Notes under the pieces: model-generated
The model's input: only the letters and a program-made list of their open reading frames with translations
Told to the model about the DNA's origin: nothing
The model's database searches: none
Shown here: positions 39,494 through 49,190 of the stretch, piece by piece
Layout of the letters: each line of letters begins with the position of its first letter
Numbering within the stretch: position 1 is the stretch's first letter
Translations under genes and position numbers: made by a program
NCBI GenBank assembly: GCA_963846325.1
Contig: CAWJVO010000007.1
Span: forward strand, 329,404 to 393,403
Length of the DNA: 64,000 nt
Source of the DNA: an uncultured bacterium
GTDB taxonomy: Bacteria; Krumholzibacteriota; Krumholzibacteriia; Krumholzibacteriales; Krumholzibacteriaceae
Direction: 5' to 3'

Positions 39494-42103
39494 ATGCGCG
39501 GAGCGCTCGTCATTCTCATCGCGTCGATCGCACGCTCGCGGCGGCCGCGCCGGCTTTCGCGGCGGCCGCGGCGTCCGCCCCTTCGCCCCCCGGAGCGGCG
39601 GCCCTCAAATCCCCCGCCGAGTACCTCGGCTTCGAAATCGGCGCCGATCGCACGCTCGCCGACTACGAGCAGACGCTCGCGTACTTCGAGATGCTCGACG
39701 AGGCCTCGCCGTGGGTCACGGTCAAGAGGATCGGCGCGACGACGCTCGGCAAGCCGATGATCGCGGTCATTCTCTCCACGCCCGCGAATCTCGAGAAGCT
39801 CGATCGCTACGTCGAGATTTCGAGGCGCCTCGCCGATCCGCGGAAGCTCGCGTCCGCCGAGGCCGACGCGCTCATCAAAGAGGCGAAGATCATCACGATG
39901 ATCACGACGAGCCTCCACGCGACCGAGGTCGGGGCGACGCAGATGACGCTCGAGCTCGCGTACGACGTCGCCGCCGGGAAGAACGTGCGGCTGTCGAAAG
40001 CCCTCGAGGAAGAGATCCTCTACATCGTGCCGACGAATCCCGACGGCCAGCAGCTGGTCGTCGACTGGTACCGGAAATGGCTCGGCACCGAGTACGAAGG
40101 GGGCTCCATGCCGTGGCTCTATCACCACTACGCCGGCCACGACAACAACCGCGACTGGTTCATGCTCAATCTCGCGGAAACGCGGGCCGTCTTCGATCTC
40201 TACTTCCGGAGCGCGGTGCCGCACGCCGTCCTCGACATGCACCAGCAGCAGAGCAACGGCGCGAGACTATTCCTCCCGCCGTACTATCCTCCCGGCAACA
40301 AGAACGTCGATCCGGTCATCTATCGGACGATCAATTTCGCCGGGGCCGCCATGCAGCTCGCGTGCGAGGAGCGGGGACTTTCGGGCGTCATCTCGAACGC
40401 ATATTACGACGCCTACTGGGAGGGCTCGTCGAACCAGGTCGGCTGGTGGCACAACCAGATCGGCCTCCTCAGCGAGGCGGCGAGCGTGAACGTCGCGAGC
40501 CCCATTTTCATCGAGCCCGGCGAGCTTCGCGGGGACGAGGCGGGCTTTCCGAGATACGAGCTGATGATCAACTTCCCGAATCCGTGGCAGGGCGGCTGGT
40601 GGCGGCTGCGCGACATCGTCGATTATGACCGTGCCGCCGCGGAATCGTTCATCGAGACGTGCGCGGAGAACCGGGAGCGTTTCCTCGAGAACTACTATCG
40701 ACTGGGCCTGAAGGCGGTCGAGCGCGGAAAGACGGAAAAGCCGTTCGCCTACGTTATTCCCGCGCCGCAGAGCGATCCCGTGACGGCGGCCCGCCTCGTC
40801 GAGGCGCTCATGCTCGGCGGCGTCGAGGTTCACCGCGCGTCGAAGGATTTCACGGTCGGGCGACAGGCTCTACCGCGCGGGCTCCTTCGTCGTGAGGCTC
40901 GATCAGCCGTACGGCCGGTACGCGAAGGATCTTCTCGAGAAGGCAGGAATACCCGGACACGCGCGCGAACGACAAGGCGCCGATCGAGAAACCGTACGAC
41001 GTCACGGGCTGGACGATGCCGCTCCAGATGGGCGTCGGCTGCGACGAGATCGACGAGCGTTTCGAGGCGCCCCTCGATCTTCTCGCCGAATTCCCCTACC
41101 CCGCGGGGAGCTTCACCGACGGCTCGTGGGGCTACGCGCTCCGCCCCGAGATCAACGCTTCCTATCAGGCGGCGAACGAGCTGCTCGCCAAGGGCCTCGC
41201 CGTCCGCCGCCTCGGCGAGGCCGGGGCGTTCCCGGCGGGAACGTTCGTCGTGCCCGCCCAGAAGGGGCTCGCCGCCGCGGCTTCAGAGATCGCGTCGCGG
41301 CTGCACGTCGATTTTCTTCCGCTCGCCGCCGAGCCGGCCGGCTCGACGCACGAGCTTCGCGCCGCGAAAACCGCGCTCTTCAAGCCGTGGATCGCGAGCA
41401 TGGACGAGGGCTGGACACGCTACCTGTTCGACATCGTTCAAGGTCCCCTACGCCAACGTCTCGAACAAGGACGTGACGGAGAACAGGATCAAGGGCTATG
41501 ACGTCCTCGTCATTCCGAATATCAGGCCTTCCATCATCAAGGACGGCAAGCTGGACGACAAAGAGGACGCCCGGTGGCAGCGCCCTCTTCCGCCCGACTA
41601 CAGGGGGGGCATCGACAAGAAAGGCATCGAGAACGTGAAGAAGTTCGTCGAGGCGGGAGGCACGCTGATCTGCTTCGGGAGCGCGTGCGGCTTCGCGATC
41701 GAGACGCTGGAGCTTCCCGTGCGAAACGTCCTCGACAAGGTCTCCGACGACGATTTCTTCTGTCCGGGAGCGATATTGAAGGTTTCGTTCAAGACCGGTC
41801 AGCCGATCACCTACGGCATGCCCGAGAACGGACATCTCTTCTTCGCGAACAGCCTGGCCTTCGCGACCTCGGTGCCGTACGGGAAATTCGACCGCTCCGT
41901 GCTCGCGAGCTTCACCGATAAGGAGCCGCTCGCGAGCGGGCTCATCATCGGCGGGGAACGCCTCTACCGGAACGCGGCGCTCGTCGAATACACGGTGGGC
42001 GCAGGGAAGCGTCGTGCTCTTCGGGTTCAACCCGCAGTACCGCTGCCAGGCGGCGGGAACGTACAAGCTCCTCCTGAACGCGATTCTCGAGGCGAGGCGC
42101 TGA
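39494..42103 (+). pseudogene. secreted M14-family zinc carboxypeptidase-like protein with C-terminal GATase1-like domain, frame broken ~5 times (or sequencing error)
   Basis: GGAGG RBS plus MRGALVILIASI signal start. M14 motifs are SLHATEVG (HxxE), NPDG, HDNNRDW and LDMHQQ. The protein is spread over ORFs 39494.., 39691..42177, 40892.. and 41016..41501. The true C-terminus VVLFGFNPQYRCQAAGTYKLLLNAILEARR ends at TGA 42101-42103. The shifts are at ~39520-39535, 40858-40860, ~40942-40944, ~41431-41437 and ~42008-42011. Confidence 0.8.
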
Positions 42104-42142
42104 GGCGAAGGGGGCGAACCGGCTCGCCGGCTTCTTCGCCTC
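42102..42142. terminator. shared hairpin between convergent genes
   Basis: GAGGCGAAG(42102-42110) pairs with CTTCGCCTC(42134-42142), with an inner GGCGA/TCGCC stem. The stem arms overlap both stop codons. Confidence 0.45.
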
Positions 42143-43415
42143 AGTTCCCGAACCGGGGATTGACGACGTTGCTGTAGATGGAGCCGAACGAGTACTGCAA
42201 TCCGAACGAGACGTAATAGTTGTACTGCGTGTCGATCTGCCTGCGCCTGAGCAGCACGTCTTCATAGCTCGCCTCCCCCTTGGCGGGGGAAAGGAGATCG
42301 TGGAGCATGTAGGCCTGCCCCTGCAACGTGAGCGAAAAACCCTTCGCGAGATTCAGCGATATATTGGTGCTCAGGGATAGACGGTTCTTCCTGAAATCGT
42401 AGAGGTAATTCGAGCCGGAGAGACTCGTCTCGATCGATCCCCACCGTTCTTTCGCCATCCAGGCCACCGAAAGCGAATGCTTCCCGAGATCCTGCAGAAT
42501 CTCTCCGTAGATGGTTTCTTCCCTGTAGCGCACATGTTTGTAATAGACCTGATAGAGAACCCGCAGCTGGCGTCTCGTGCACGCGGAATAGGGAAAGATG
42601 TCGTACTCGACGGCGGGGCCGATGTATGCCGACAGCCCGGTATTGTCGTACGAAGACGCGCTCAGGCCCGCCGACAGACCGTACGACCAGTGATCGTCGA
42701 TGCTCTTGACGACGAGGCCGTCGAAGTACTGGGATCTCGTGATGCTGGTGACGGTCGAGCTCGAAAAATCGAAGTTGCTCTCGCTGTAGTTCGTCCCTAT
42801 GGACAGCTCTGTCTTGAGCTCGGGCGTCACGCGATTGGCCGTGGCGTAGCTCCAGAGCGACATGTTGTCATACGTCTTCTCGCCCTGCAGGTATCCCCCG
42901 GAAACAATGCTGAAGACCCAATAGTCCCATCTATCCTTCGCGGCAGTCGCGGCGGCGCGTTTCGCATATGAAATGGTGATGAGATCGGCCGCCGGGGTCT
43001 TCTCGACATACCGCATGAGACCGCGCTTGAGGAGTCCGGCGATCTTGCTTCGCACGACTTCTTCGGATTGCGAAGGCTCCGTGCAGAAGCTCAGCGTGTC
43101 GTCGACCCCCGAGAATTCCTGCCTGCCCATGAGCGACAGGGTATATCGAGCGCCTCCGCTTCCCGTCGCTTCCTGCGTCAGGAGAACGTGCACCTGGGCG
43201 AGAGCGCGGTCGCGCACATAGTCCACGTAGGGAATCTCCGTCTTGATGTAATCGTGGTAGGTCGCCGGCATGTCGAGAAACACCTTCGTGCCGCCGGCTT
43301 GCAGAAGCGAATCCGGCGCATCGCCTGTTTGCGCATGCGCGGCACGTTGCATGAGAAGGAGAATAGTGGCCGCCAGCGCAACGCAGCGCAACACGCGAAC
43401 GCCGCGAGTCGTCAT
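42141..43415 (-). CDS. outer-membrane beta-barrel protein, family not recognised
   Basis: 424 aa. Signal peptide ...LLLMQRAAHAQ, then a ~120-aa soluble-looking N-domain, then many Y/F-terminated strands (YNYYVSFGLQYSFGS...). Confidence 0.65.
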   Translation of the reverse strand: MTTRGVRVLRCVALAATILLLMQRAAHAQTGDAPDSLLQAGGTKVFLDMPATYHDYIKTEIPYVDYVRDRALAQVHVLLTQEATGSGGARYTLSLMGRQEFSGVDDTLSFCTEPSQSEEVVRSKIAGLLKRGLMRYVEKTPAADLITISYAKRAAATAAKDRWDYWVFSIVSGGYLQGEKTYDNMSLWSYATANRVTPELKTELSIGTNYSESNFDFSSSTVTSITRSQYFDGLVVKSIDDHWSYGLSAGLSASSYDNTGLSAYIGPAVEYDIFPYSACTRRQLRVLYQVYYKHVRYREETIYGEILQDLGKHSLSVAWMAKERWGSIETSLSGSNYLYDFRKNRLSLSTNISLNLAKGFSLTLQGQAYMLHDLLSPAKGEASYEDVLLRRRQIDTQYNYYVSFGLQYSFGSIYSNVVNPRFGN

Positions 43416-43510
43416 CGCCTTACCTCCCGGTCCCGGCCGATACCATCATATAAATCGATCGAATGTAGATGATGAATCCCTGTCGCCGCAAACCCTCATA
43501 CGATGATTCG

Positions 43511-43539
43511 AATATACGCCGAATTTTCGAACGAGGCAA
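43511..43539 (-). promoter_or_regulatory. sigma70-like promoter for the OMP gene at 43415
   Basis: On the minus strand, TTGCCT (complement of 43534-43539)-N17-TATATT (complement of 43511-43516). It lies ~95 nt upstream of the ATG. Confidence 0.45.
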
Positions 43540-43611
43540 TTCTTATCGCCGGGAAAGGCCCCGCATGCGCTTCGAAGGAAGTCGTCGAGCCGTCGCCTTC
43601 CGCCCCAGGGA

Positions 43612-44586
43612 TCACTCCCTGATGCTCGTTCCCTTCTTGTAATCCTTGTTGTACCCGAGCTCGCCGAACGGCTGAACCTTCTCGATCCAGACCTGCTCGA
43701 GCAGCGAAAGCTCGTCATCGAGATTGTAGGCCGGGTCGTCCTTCTGCTTCAGAACCTCGAGCACCTCGAATACGAAGGCGTCCGGCCCGAGCCGGTCCCA
43801 ATCCTCCTGGATCGTCTTGATCCAGTGACGCCCGATCGACAGGAGGAAACGATGCTTGTTCAAGGGACCGTGCAGATTCTTGCTGCTTCCAAGCAGGATC
43901 TTACCGTTGACCGTATTCTTCACCTGGAAGATGCCGGCCTGTCTCGGCGCCTCTTTATACTCTCTCTTTATCTCCGAGTGCGTGCCCACCGGCGCGGCCT
44001 CCTTTTCGATGCGGCGGTATTTCTCTCCCGTGCGCGTCATATATCCCTGGTCGACGAGCATTCGGCGGATCGTGCAATAGTCGGGATAGAGCGGCGCGAT
44101 GAGATCGTTGACCTCGTGCTCCGCGTATTCTCTTCCCGGCTCGAAGCCCGCGAGGAACTCCTCGAGTATTATCTTCCGTTTTCGCCACTGCTTCGGAATC
44201 TGCACGAGCGCTCCGTTGCGGAAAAAGGTCCGCACGACCTTCTCCCGACCCTGCCGCGTGCGCTTTTCCTCGGGGCTGTCGTCGCCGGGCGGCATCGTGA
44301 CGAAATCCTTCAGGCTCATCCGGAGGAGATCCGGGCGCAGCTCGTAGACGACGTAATACTGCTCCTTGCTCTTCGTGACGAGCCCCGCCTCTTCGAGCCT
44401 GCGCAGATGGAAGGAGATCGTGGACGGCGCGAGCCGGAGCCGCTCGGCGAGCTCCTCCGCGCAATGGGCTTTTTCGAGCAGCGCGTTCACGACGAGGAGT
44501 CTCGATCGGTCCGCGAGAGCCTTGAGAGCGTTCACGCGCGCGTCGAGGTCCGTTTCCCGGCGTTTCCTATCTGTTTCGATGTTCAT
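43612..44586 (-). CDS. ArsR-HTH / DUF2087 / GIY-YIG-like three-domain protein
   Basis: 324 aa. The ArsR HTH is LKALADRSRLLVVNALLEKAHCAEELAERLRLAPSTISFHLRRLEEAGLV. The DUF2087-like middle is IPKQWRKRKIILEEFL...YAEHEVNDLI...CTIRRMLVDQGYMTR. The GIY-YIG-like C-terminus is AGIFQVKNTVNGKILLGSSKNLHGPLNKHRF.... Confidence 0.75.
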   Translation of the reverse strand: MNIETDRKRRETDLDARVNALKALADRSRLLVVNALLEKAHCAEELAERLRLAPSTISFHLRRLEEAGLVTKSKEQYYVVYELRPDLLRMSLKDFVTMPPGDDSPEEKRTRQGREKVVRTFFRNGALVQIPKQWRKRKIILEEFLAGFEPGREYAEHEVNDLIAPLYPDYCTIRRMLVDQGYMTRTGEKYRRIEKEAAPVGTHSEIKREYKEAPRQAGIFQVKNTVNGKILLGSSKNLHGPLNKHRFLLSIGRHWIKTIQEDWDRLGPDAFVFEVLEVLKQKDDPAYNLDDELSLLEQVWIEKVQPFGELGYNKDYKKGTSIRE

Positions 44587-44677
44587 GCAATCAAAATACG
44601 CCGGGCGAGCGTGCCCGTCAAGCTGATTCTATAAATATCGAAGCGGAATTGGCAAGCGGGGGCTGAAAGATTCGCGC

Positions 44678-45754
44678 TCAGGCGCCGACGCCGACCGGCT
44701 TCGGGACGCCGCCGGGGCGGCGGATCGTGTCGGGCGAGTTGGCTTTCTCGACGGCCTGCTCGTAGCTGATGATCCGGGACGCGACGAGCTCGTTGAGATG
44801 ATCCTCGAGCACCTGCATCCCGAATTTCTTTCCGGTCTGCATGGTCGAGACGAGCTGGGCCATCTTGCCCTCGCGGATCATGGCGCGCACGCCGTCCGTG
44901 GCGACGAGTATCTCGAGCGCCGCGACGCGGCCGCCGGCGATCTTCGGAACGAGCGTCTGCGCGACGATGCCCTGCAGGGTGCCGGCGAGCTGCATCCGGA
45001 TCTGCGTCTGCTGCTCCGGCGAGAAGACGTTCACGACGCGGTCGATCGTCTTCATGGCGCTCGTCGTGTGCAGCGTGCCGAACACGAGGTGGCCCGTTTC
45101 GGCCGCGGTCACCGCGAGACTGATCGTCTCGAGGTCGCGCAGCTCCCCGATGAGTATGACGTCGGGATCCTGCCGGAGGGCGCGCCGCAGGGCCTCGCCG
45201 AAATTCACGGTATCCGAGCCGATCTCCCGCTGGTTGATATAGCACTTGTTGTCGTGGTGCAGAAATTCGATCGGGTCTTCCATCGTGAGAATGTGGCCGT
45301 GCATCGTGGCGTTGATCAGGTCGATCATCGCCGCGAGCGTCGTCGACTTGCCGCTCCCCGTCGGCCCGGTCACGAGGACGAGCCCGCGCGGCTTCGCCGC
45401 GAGCGTCTTGCAGATATCCGGCAATCCCAGATCGTCGAACGAGGGGATCTTCGCGGGGATGTTGCGGAGCACGATCGAGATCGATCCGCGCTGGCGCATG
45501 ACGTTCACGCGGAAGCGGGCGACGCCGGCGACCGAGTACGAGCAATCCATGTCGCCGCGCTCTTCGAACGCCTTCCATTGATCCTCGTCGAGCAGGATAT
45601 GCGCGATCTCCTCCGTCTGCTGCGGCCGGAGCCGTTCGTCCCCCTGAGGCATCAGCACTCCGTGGACGCGCACGCCGGGGGGCATGCCGACCTTCAGGTG
45701 CGCGTCGCTGCCGCCGGCATCGACCATCGACTTCAGAAAAACGTTGAGCTCCAT
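44678..45754 (-). CDS. pilT: type IV pilus retraction ATPase PilT
   Basis: 358 aa. Walker A GPTGSGKST, DVILIGELRD, GHLVFGTLHT and VRAMIREGK blocks. Confidence 0.9.
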   Translation of the reverse strand: MELNVFLKSMVDAGGSDAHLKVGMPPGVRVHGVLMPQGDERLRPQQTEEIAHILLDEDQWKAFEERGDMDCSYSVAGVARFRVNVMRQRGSISIVLRNIPAKIPSFDDLGLPDICKTLAAKPRGLVLVTGPTGSGKSTTLAAMIDLINATMHGHILTMEDPIEFLHHDNKCYINQREIGSDTVNFGEALRRALRQDPDVILIGELRDLETISLAVTAAETGHLVFGTLHTTSAMKTIDRVVNVFSPEQQTQIRMQLAGTLQGIVAQTLVPKIAGGRVAALEILVATDGVRAMIREGKMAQLVSTMQTGKKFGMQVLEDHLNELVASRIISYEQAVEKANSPDTIRRPGGVPKPVGVGA

Positions 45755-45858
45755 CGAGCGGCTTCCTTGTCCGGGTATGATTGTGCTTTCGGAACATGAA
45801 AGGGCAAGATGTATGCCGACCCGGCAAACGAGGCGTCCCGACGGGCTAAAACGTGACC

Positions 45859-47713
45859 TTAGTCCTCTTCCAGATCCTTCATGCGCAGATCGAAGGGCGC
45901 TTTCCGCGCCTCGTATTTCAGATTGACGGCTTCGAGCAGCTTGAAGCAGGTTTCGATATCTTTCCTGCGGGCGTGAATCTTCTGCGACAGATCCGCGATG
46001 GCGCCGCCGTCGCAGTGCTCCGAGGCGGATTCCATATCTTCGTAGAGGCGGGCGAGCTCCGTTTCGGCGTCCACGATCGAGCCTTCCAGCTCGGAGATCC
46101 GCTTTTCGAGAGGTCTGAGCGCCGCTCCCCTCTCGCGCGCGATCTCGGCGCGCAGCTTTCTCAGCTCCTTGCGGCCCGCCCGTCTCCCGCCCGCGCTTTC
46201 TTCCCCGTCGTCCGCCGCCGCGGCCTTCTCCTCATCCCACCCGCGGTCATCCAGAAACCTCTGGTAGCTTCCCTCGAACGCCTTGGCCCCGCCCCCCTGG
46301 AACACGATCAGCCGTTCCGCGAGGCCGTGCAGCAGCATCTCGTTGTGCGTCACCATCACGACGGCGCCCTCGAAATCGTCGATCGCCTCGAGCAGCGCGT
46401 CGCACGATTCCATATCGAGATGGTTCGTCGGCTCGTCGAGGAGGAGCAGGTTGACCGGCGTGGCGATGATTCTCCCGAGCATCAGCCGGTTCTTCTCTCC
46501 GCCCGACAGCACCCTCACCCTCTTCAACGCGTCGTCCCCTTCGAACATCATCATGCCGGCGATGTTTCTCGCCCGCTGCTGATCGATATCGGGATTCGCG
46601 CTCTGAATCTCCTCCACCACGGTCTTTTCCTCGATGAGGGCGTCGGCGTTCGCCTGCGCGTAGTAGGCGGTGACGACCGTCGAGTTGCGCTGTATCTCGC
46701 CGGCCTGAGGCTCGATCTGGCCCGCGAGCGTTCTCAGAAGCGTCGTTTTCCCCTTGCCGTTCTTCCCGACGACGCAGACCCGGTCGTACGGTCCGACCGA
46801 GAACGAAAGATCCGAGAAGAGGGGGCTCGACGGCTCGTACCCGAACGCCAGATCCTTGACGTGCATGACCGGCTTGCCGTTGAAGGGCTTCGACTGAAAC
46901 GAGAAGTCGAGATCCTTGGCCTGCTCCAGCTTCTCGAGCTTCGTCCGTTTCTCGAGCGCCTTGACCCTCGACTGAACCCGGCTCGCGAGCGTCGCCTTGG
47001 CCCGGAACCGCCGAATGAACTCCTCGGCTCTCTTCCTCTTCTTCTCGTCGTTGAGCCTGGTCTTCTCGTACATCTCCTCTTCCATGGCGAACCGGGCGTA
47101 GAGCTTGCCCGGTATCCCCCTCGATCTTGCGCAGGCTCTTCCGGTAGATCCCCACGACGTGCGTGGCCACGTTGTCCATGAAGCTCCTGTCGTGCGTTAT
47201 CAGCATGAGCTCGCCGCGCCAGCCGCGCAGATACTGCGTGAGCCAGCGGATCGACGTGATATCGAGATAGTTGTTGGGCTCGTCGAGGAGAAGCAGGTTG
47301 ACCTCCCGCACGAGGACCTTCGCCAGATTCAGCCGCACCTGGAACCCGCCGGAGAGCTGCGACGGGCGCTTCACCAGATCGTCCTCCGTGAAACCGAGCC
47401 CCGCGAGAATCTTCTCCACCTTCCACCGGTGATCCTTCTCGGCCGCCGGGAGCCCCCTCACGCCCTCCTGCAGCACCGAGTCCTCGATGAAGTCCGGCTC
47501 CTGCAGAACGTAGCCGATGGAATAGTTCTTCGGAATCGAGATAACTCCCGAGTCGGGCTCTTCCTCCCCCGCGATGAGCCTGAACAGGGTCGTTTTCCCG
47601 TGCCCGTTCCTCCCGACCAGTCCCACCCGCTCGCCCGAGTTGAGCCTGAAGCCGGCGTTCTTGAACAGCTCCTGGGCGCCGTAGCTCTTCGATATGTTGT
47701 CGACGATGATCAT
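45859..47713 (-). pseudogene. ABC-F family ATPase (two NBDs, no TMD), one frameshift (or sequencing error)
   Basis: NBD1 (GRNGHGKTT, LSGGFQVR, LLLDEPNNYLD) is in ORF 46247..47713. The linker and NBD2 (GKNGKGKTT, LSGGEKNR, LLLDEPTNHLD) plus a C-terminal coiled coil are in ORF 45859..47085. The junction ...IEGDTG/KLYARFAMEEE falls at the CCC run 47108-47110. Confidence 0.85.
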
Positions 47714-47855
47714 GCTCGACCTTCCGACTCAATGCTTACGTTCCATGTCCCGTGAATATAGCCTGTCGGGTATCGCACTTCAATATCGCGAATGGGGCGG
47801 GACGCGGGCGAGGGCTGAAACGCGGGGGGGACGATGCCCCCCCGCGCCGTCAGGA

Positions 47856-48071
47856 TTACTTCTTCCCGATCTTGCCGAGCATTAAAATGCCGTAAATGGC
47901 CGACAAGCCGACGAGGATATAGACGATTCTCGCAAGAAGTGACATTTCCCCGAGAATAGCGGCCACAAGATCGAACTTGAAGGCCCCTACCAAGCCCCAG
48001 TTGAGACCACCCACGATGATGAGGATAAGGGCAATCCAATCCAAAGCTCCGAGCTTCTTCATGCGCATCAC
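47856..48071 (-). CDS. DUF378-family small membrane protein
   Basis: 71 aa. LDWIALILIIVGGLNWGLVG... is the characteristic two-TM DUF378 pattern. Confidence 0.75.
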   Translation of the reverse strand: MMRMKKLGALDWIALILIIVGGLNWGLVGAFKFDLVAAILGEMSLLARIVYILVGLSAIYGILMLGKIGKK

Positions 48072-48151
48072 CCCCTTCGAAGCCCTTTATAGAACCGCCC
48101 TGCAAATATTGGCAAGCATTATTAATAAATGGACGCGCCGAATCCGCCCTG

Positions 48152-48173
48152 AAAATCGGATTAATCCGATTTT
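48152..48173. promoter_or_regulatory. 22-bp perfect palindrome in a divergent promoter region
   Basis: AAAATCGGATTAATCCGATTTT equals its own reverse complement. A third AATCCG copy lies at 48141-48146. Confidence 0.5.
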
Positions 48174-48206
48174 TTGCATTTTGAAGTTAGTTGAAATAGT
48201 TTTTAA

Positions 48207-48235
48207 TTGACCATAATGCCCGCTTATGATACAAT
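48207..48235 (+). promoter_or_regulatory. sigma70-like promoter for the secreted-protein gene at 48308
   Basis: TTGACC(48207-48212)-N17-TACAAT(48230-48235) in an AT-rich island. Confidence 0.55.
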
Positions 48236-48307
48236 CCCCAAGAATCACAGCAGTTGCCGGATCCCTCGATTCGGCCGGTTTTTTCTTCAACCAGGAGGAA
48301 CGTATCT

Positions 48308-49027
48308 ATGAAACGTTCTGTCATCGCATCCGCGGCGCTTCTCATCCTGCTCCTGGCAGAGGCTTCCTTCGCAGGATCTCCGCTTTCGGGGGCGTACCAG
48401 TCGACCGATCTCGGGGGACCGGTCTACGTCGGACGCTACTCGGAAGGCTGGACTACCGGCGGCGGCGCAGCTCTGGCCGGAACGACGCTCAACGCCGAGT
48501 CGTGGGACGGCATGACGCTCGCGTCCCAGTGGAAGTATTGGTGCTCGACCGAGCTGTCGAACGCCATGCTTCTCGTCAACACGGTCAACGCCAGCGGCAA
48601 CGGCAACCGCACCTACATGAAGACCTTCGTCGGCGGATATATCTGGCTCAGCGGATCGGGCCCGTGGGCGAACGGCGATCCCGACTACCCCGGCACGATC
48701 GTGGACTACAAGGAATTCGAGACGATCACGTACCAGAATTGGGTTCCGATCGCCGCGGTCACGAATGTCCAGGCGCTCGCGAAGTTCGACGCGTACCAGA
48801 GCAGCTGCATGACCTTCTACATCGGCAACGGCACGCGGGTATCCACCACCGAACTCGGACAGCCCGCGCCGGCCAACTACCCCGGCTTCCTCGATCCGAG
48901 CTGCAATCCCACGTACACCCTGGGCGCATGCTGGGACTTCACCAGCGTGACGCTGACGATCACCGATTGCTCGGTCGGCACCGAGAGCACCACCTGGGGC
49001 GGCATCAAGTCCCTGTACAGCAAGTAG
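48308..49027 (+). CDS. secreted hypothetical protein (Cys-containing, ends ...TTWGGIKSLYSK)
   Basis: Internal ATG of ORF 48254..49027 with an AGGAGGA RBS. Signal peptide MKRSVIASAALLILLLAEASFA. I recognise no family. Confidence 0.65.
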   Translation: MKRSVIASAALLILLLAEASFAGSPLSGAYQSTDLGGPVYVGRYSEGWTTGGGAALAGTTLNAESWDGMTLASQWKYWCSTELSNAMLLVNTVNASGNGNRTYMKTFVGGYIWLSGSGPWANGDPDYPGTIVDYKEFETITYQNWVPIAAVTNVQALAKFDAYQSSCMTFYIGNGTRVSTTELGQPAPANYPGFLDPSCNPTYTLGACWDFTSVTLTITDCSVGTESTTWGGIKSLYSK

Positions 49028-49056
49028 CCGCTTCGGATCTTCGTTTCGCACAGTAT

Positions 49057-49087
49057 GGAAAGACCCGGCCCCCCGCCGGGTTTTTCC
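49057..49087 (+). terminator. Rho-independent terminator
   Basis: GGAAAGA-CCCGGC-ccccc-GCCGGG-TTTTTCC: a GC stem followed directly by a T5 run. Confidence 0.65.
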
Positions 49088-49190
49088 ATATGCGCGCCGG
49101 CGGTCGTCCGGAAATGCTCTTTATTGTTCCGCTCGATTTGCTTATAATTGAAATATAGCCGTTTCAATATACTTTCGGGAGGTATCAGCC

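Noticed and set aside
36300-40628. 1442-aa ORF, the longest in the track
   Set aside because: The translation is Arg/Pro/Gly/Ala-rich with no recognisable domains. It overlaps, in another frame, four genes with clear family signatures (porin, micro-ORF, SSS symporter, M14 peptidase). It is a typical stop-poor shadow ORF of GC-rich DNA.
43612-44586. GIY-YIG-like domain as a sign of a homing endonuclease or mobile element
   Set aside because: The domain is fused to ArsR and DUF2087 regulator domains. It is not embedded in an intron or intein, and there are no flanking repeats, integrase or transposase.
44678-45754. PilT as part of a type IV pilus locus
   Set aside because: No pilB/C/M-Q or pilin genes are in the window. 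It is reported only as an isolated pilT.
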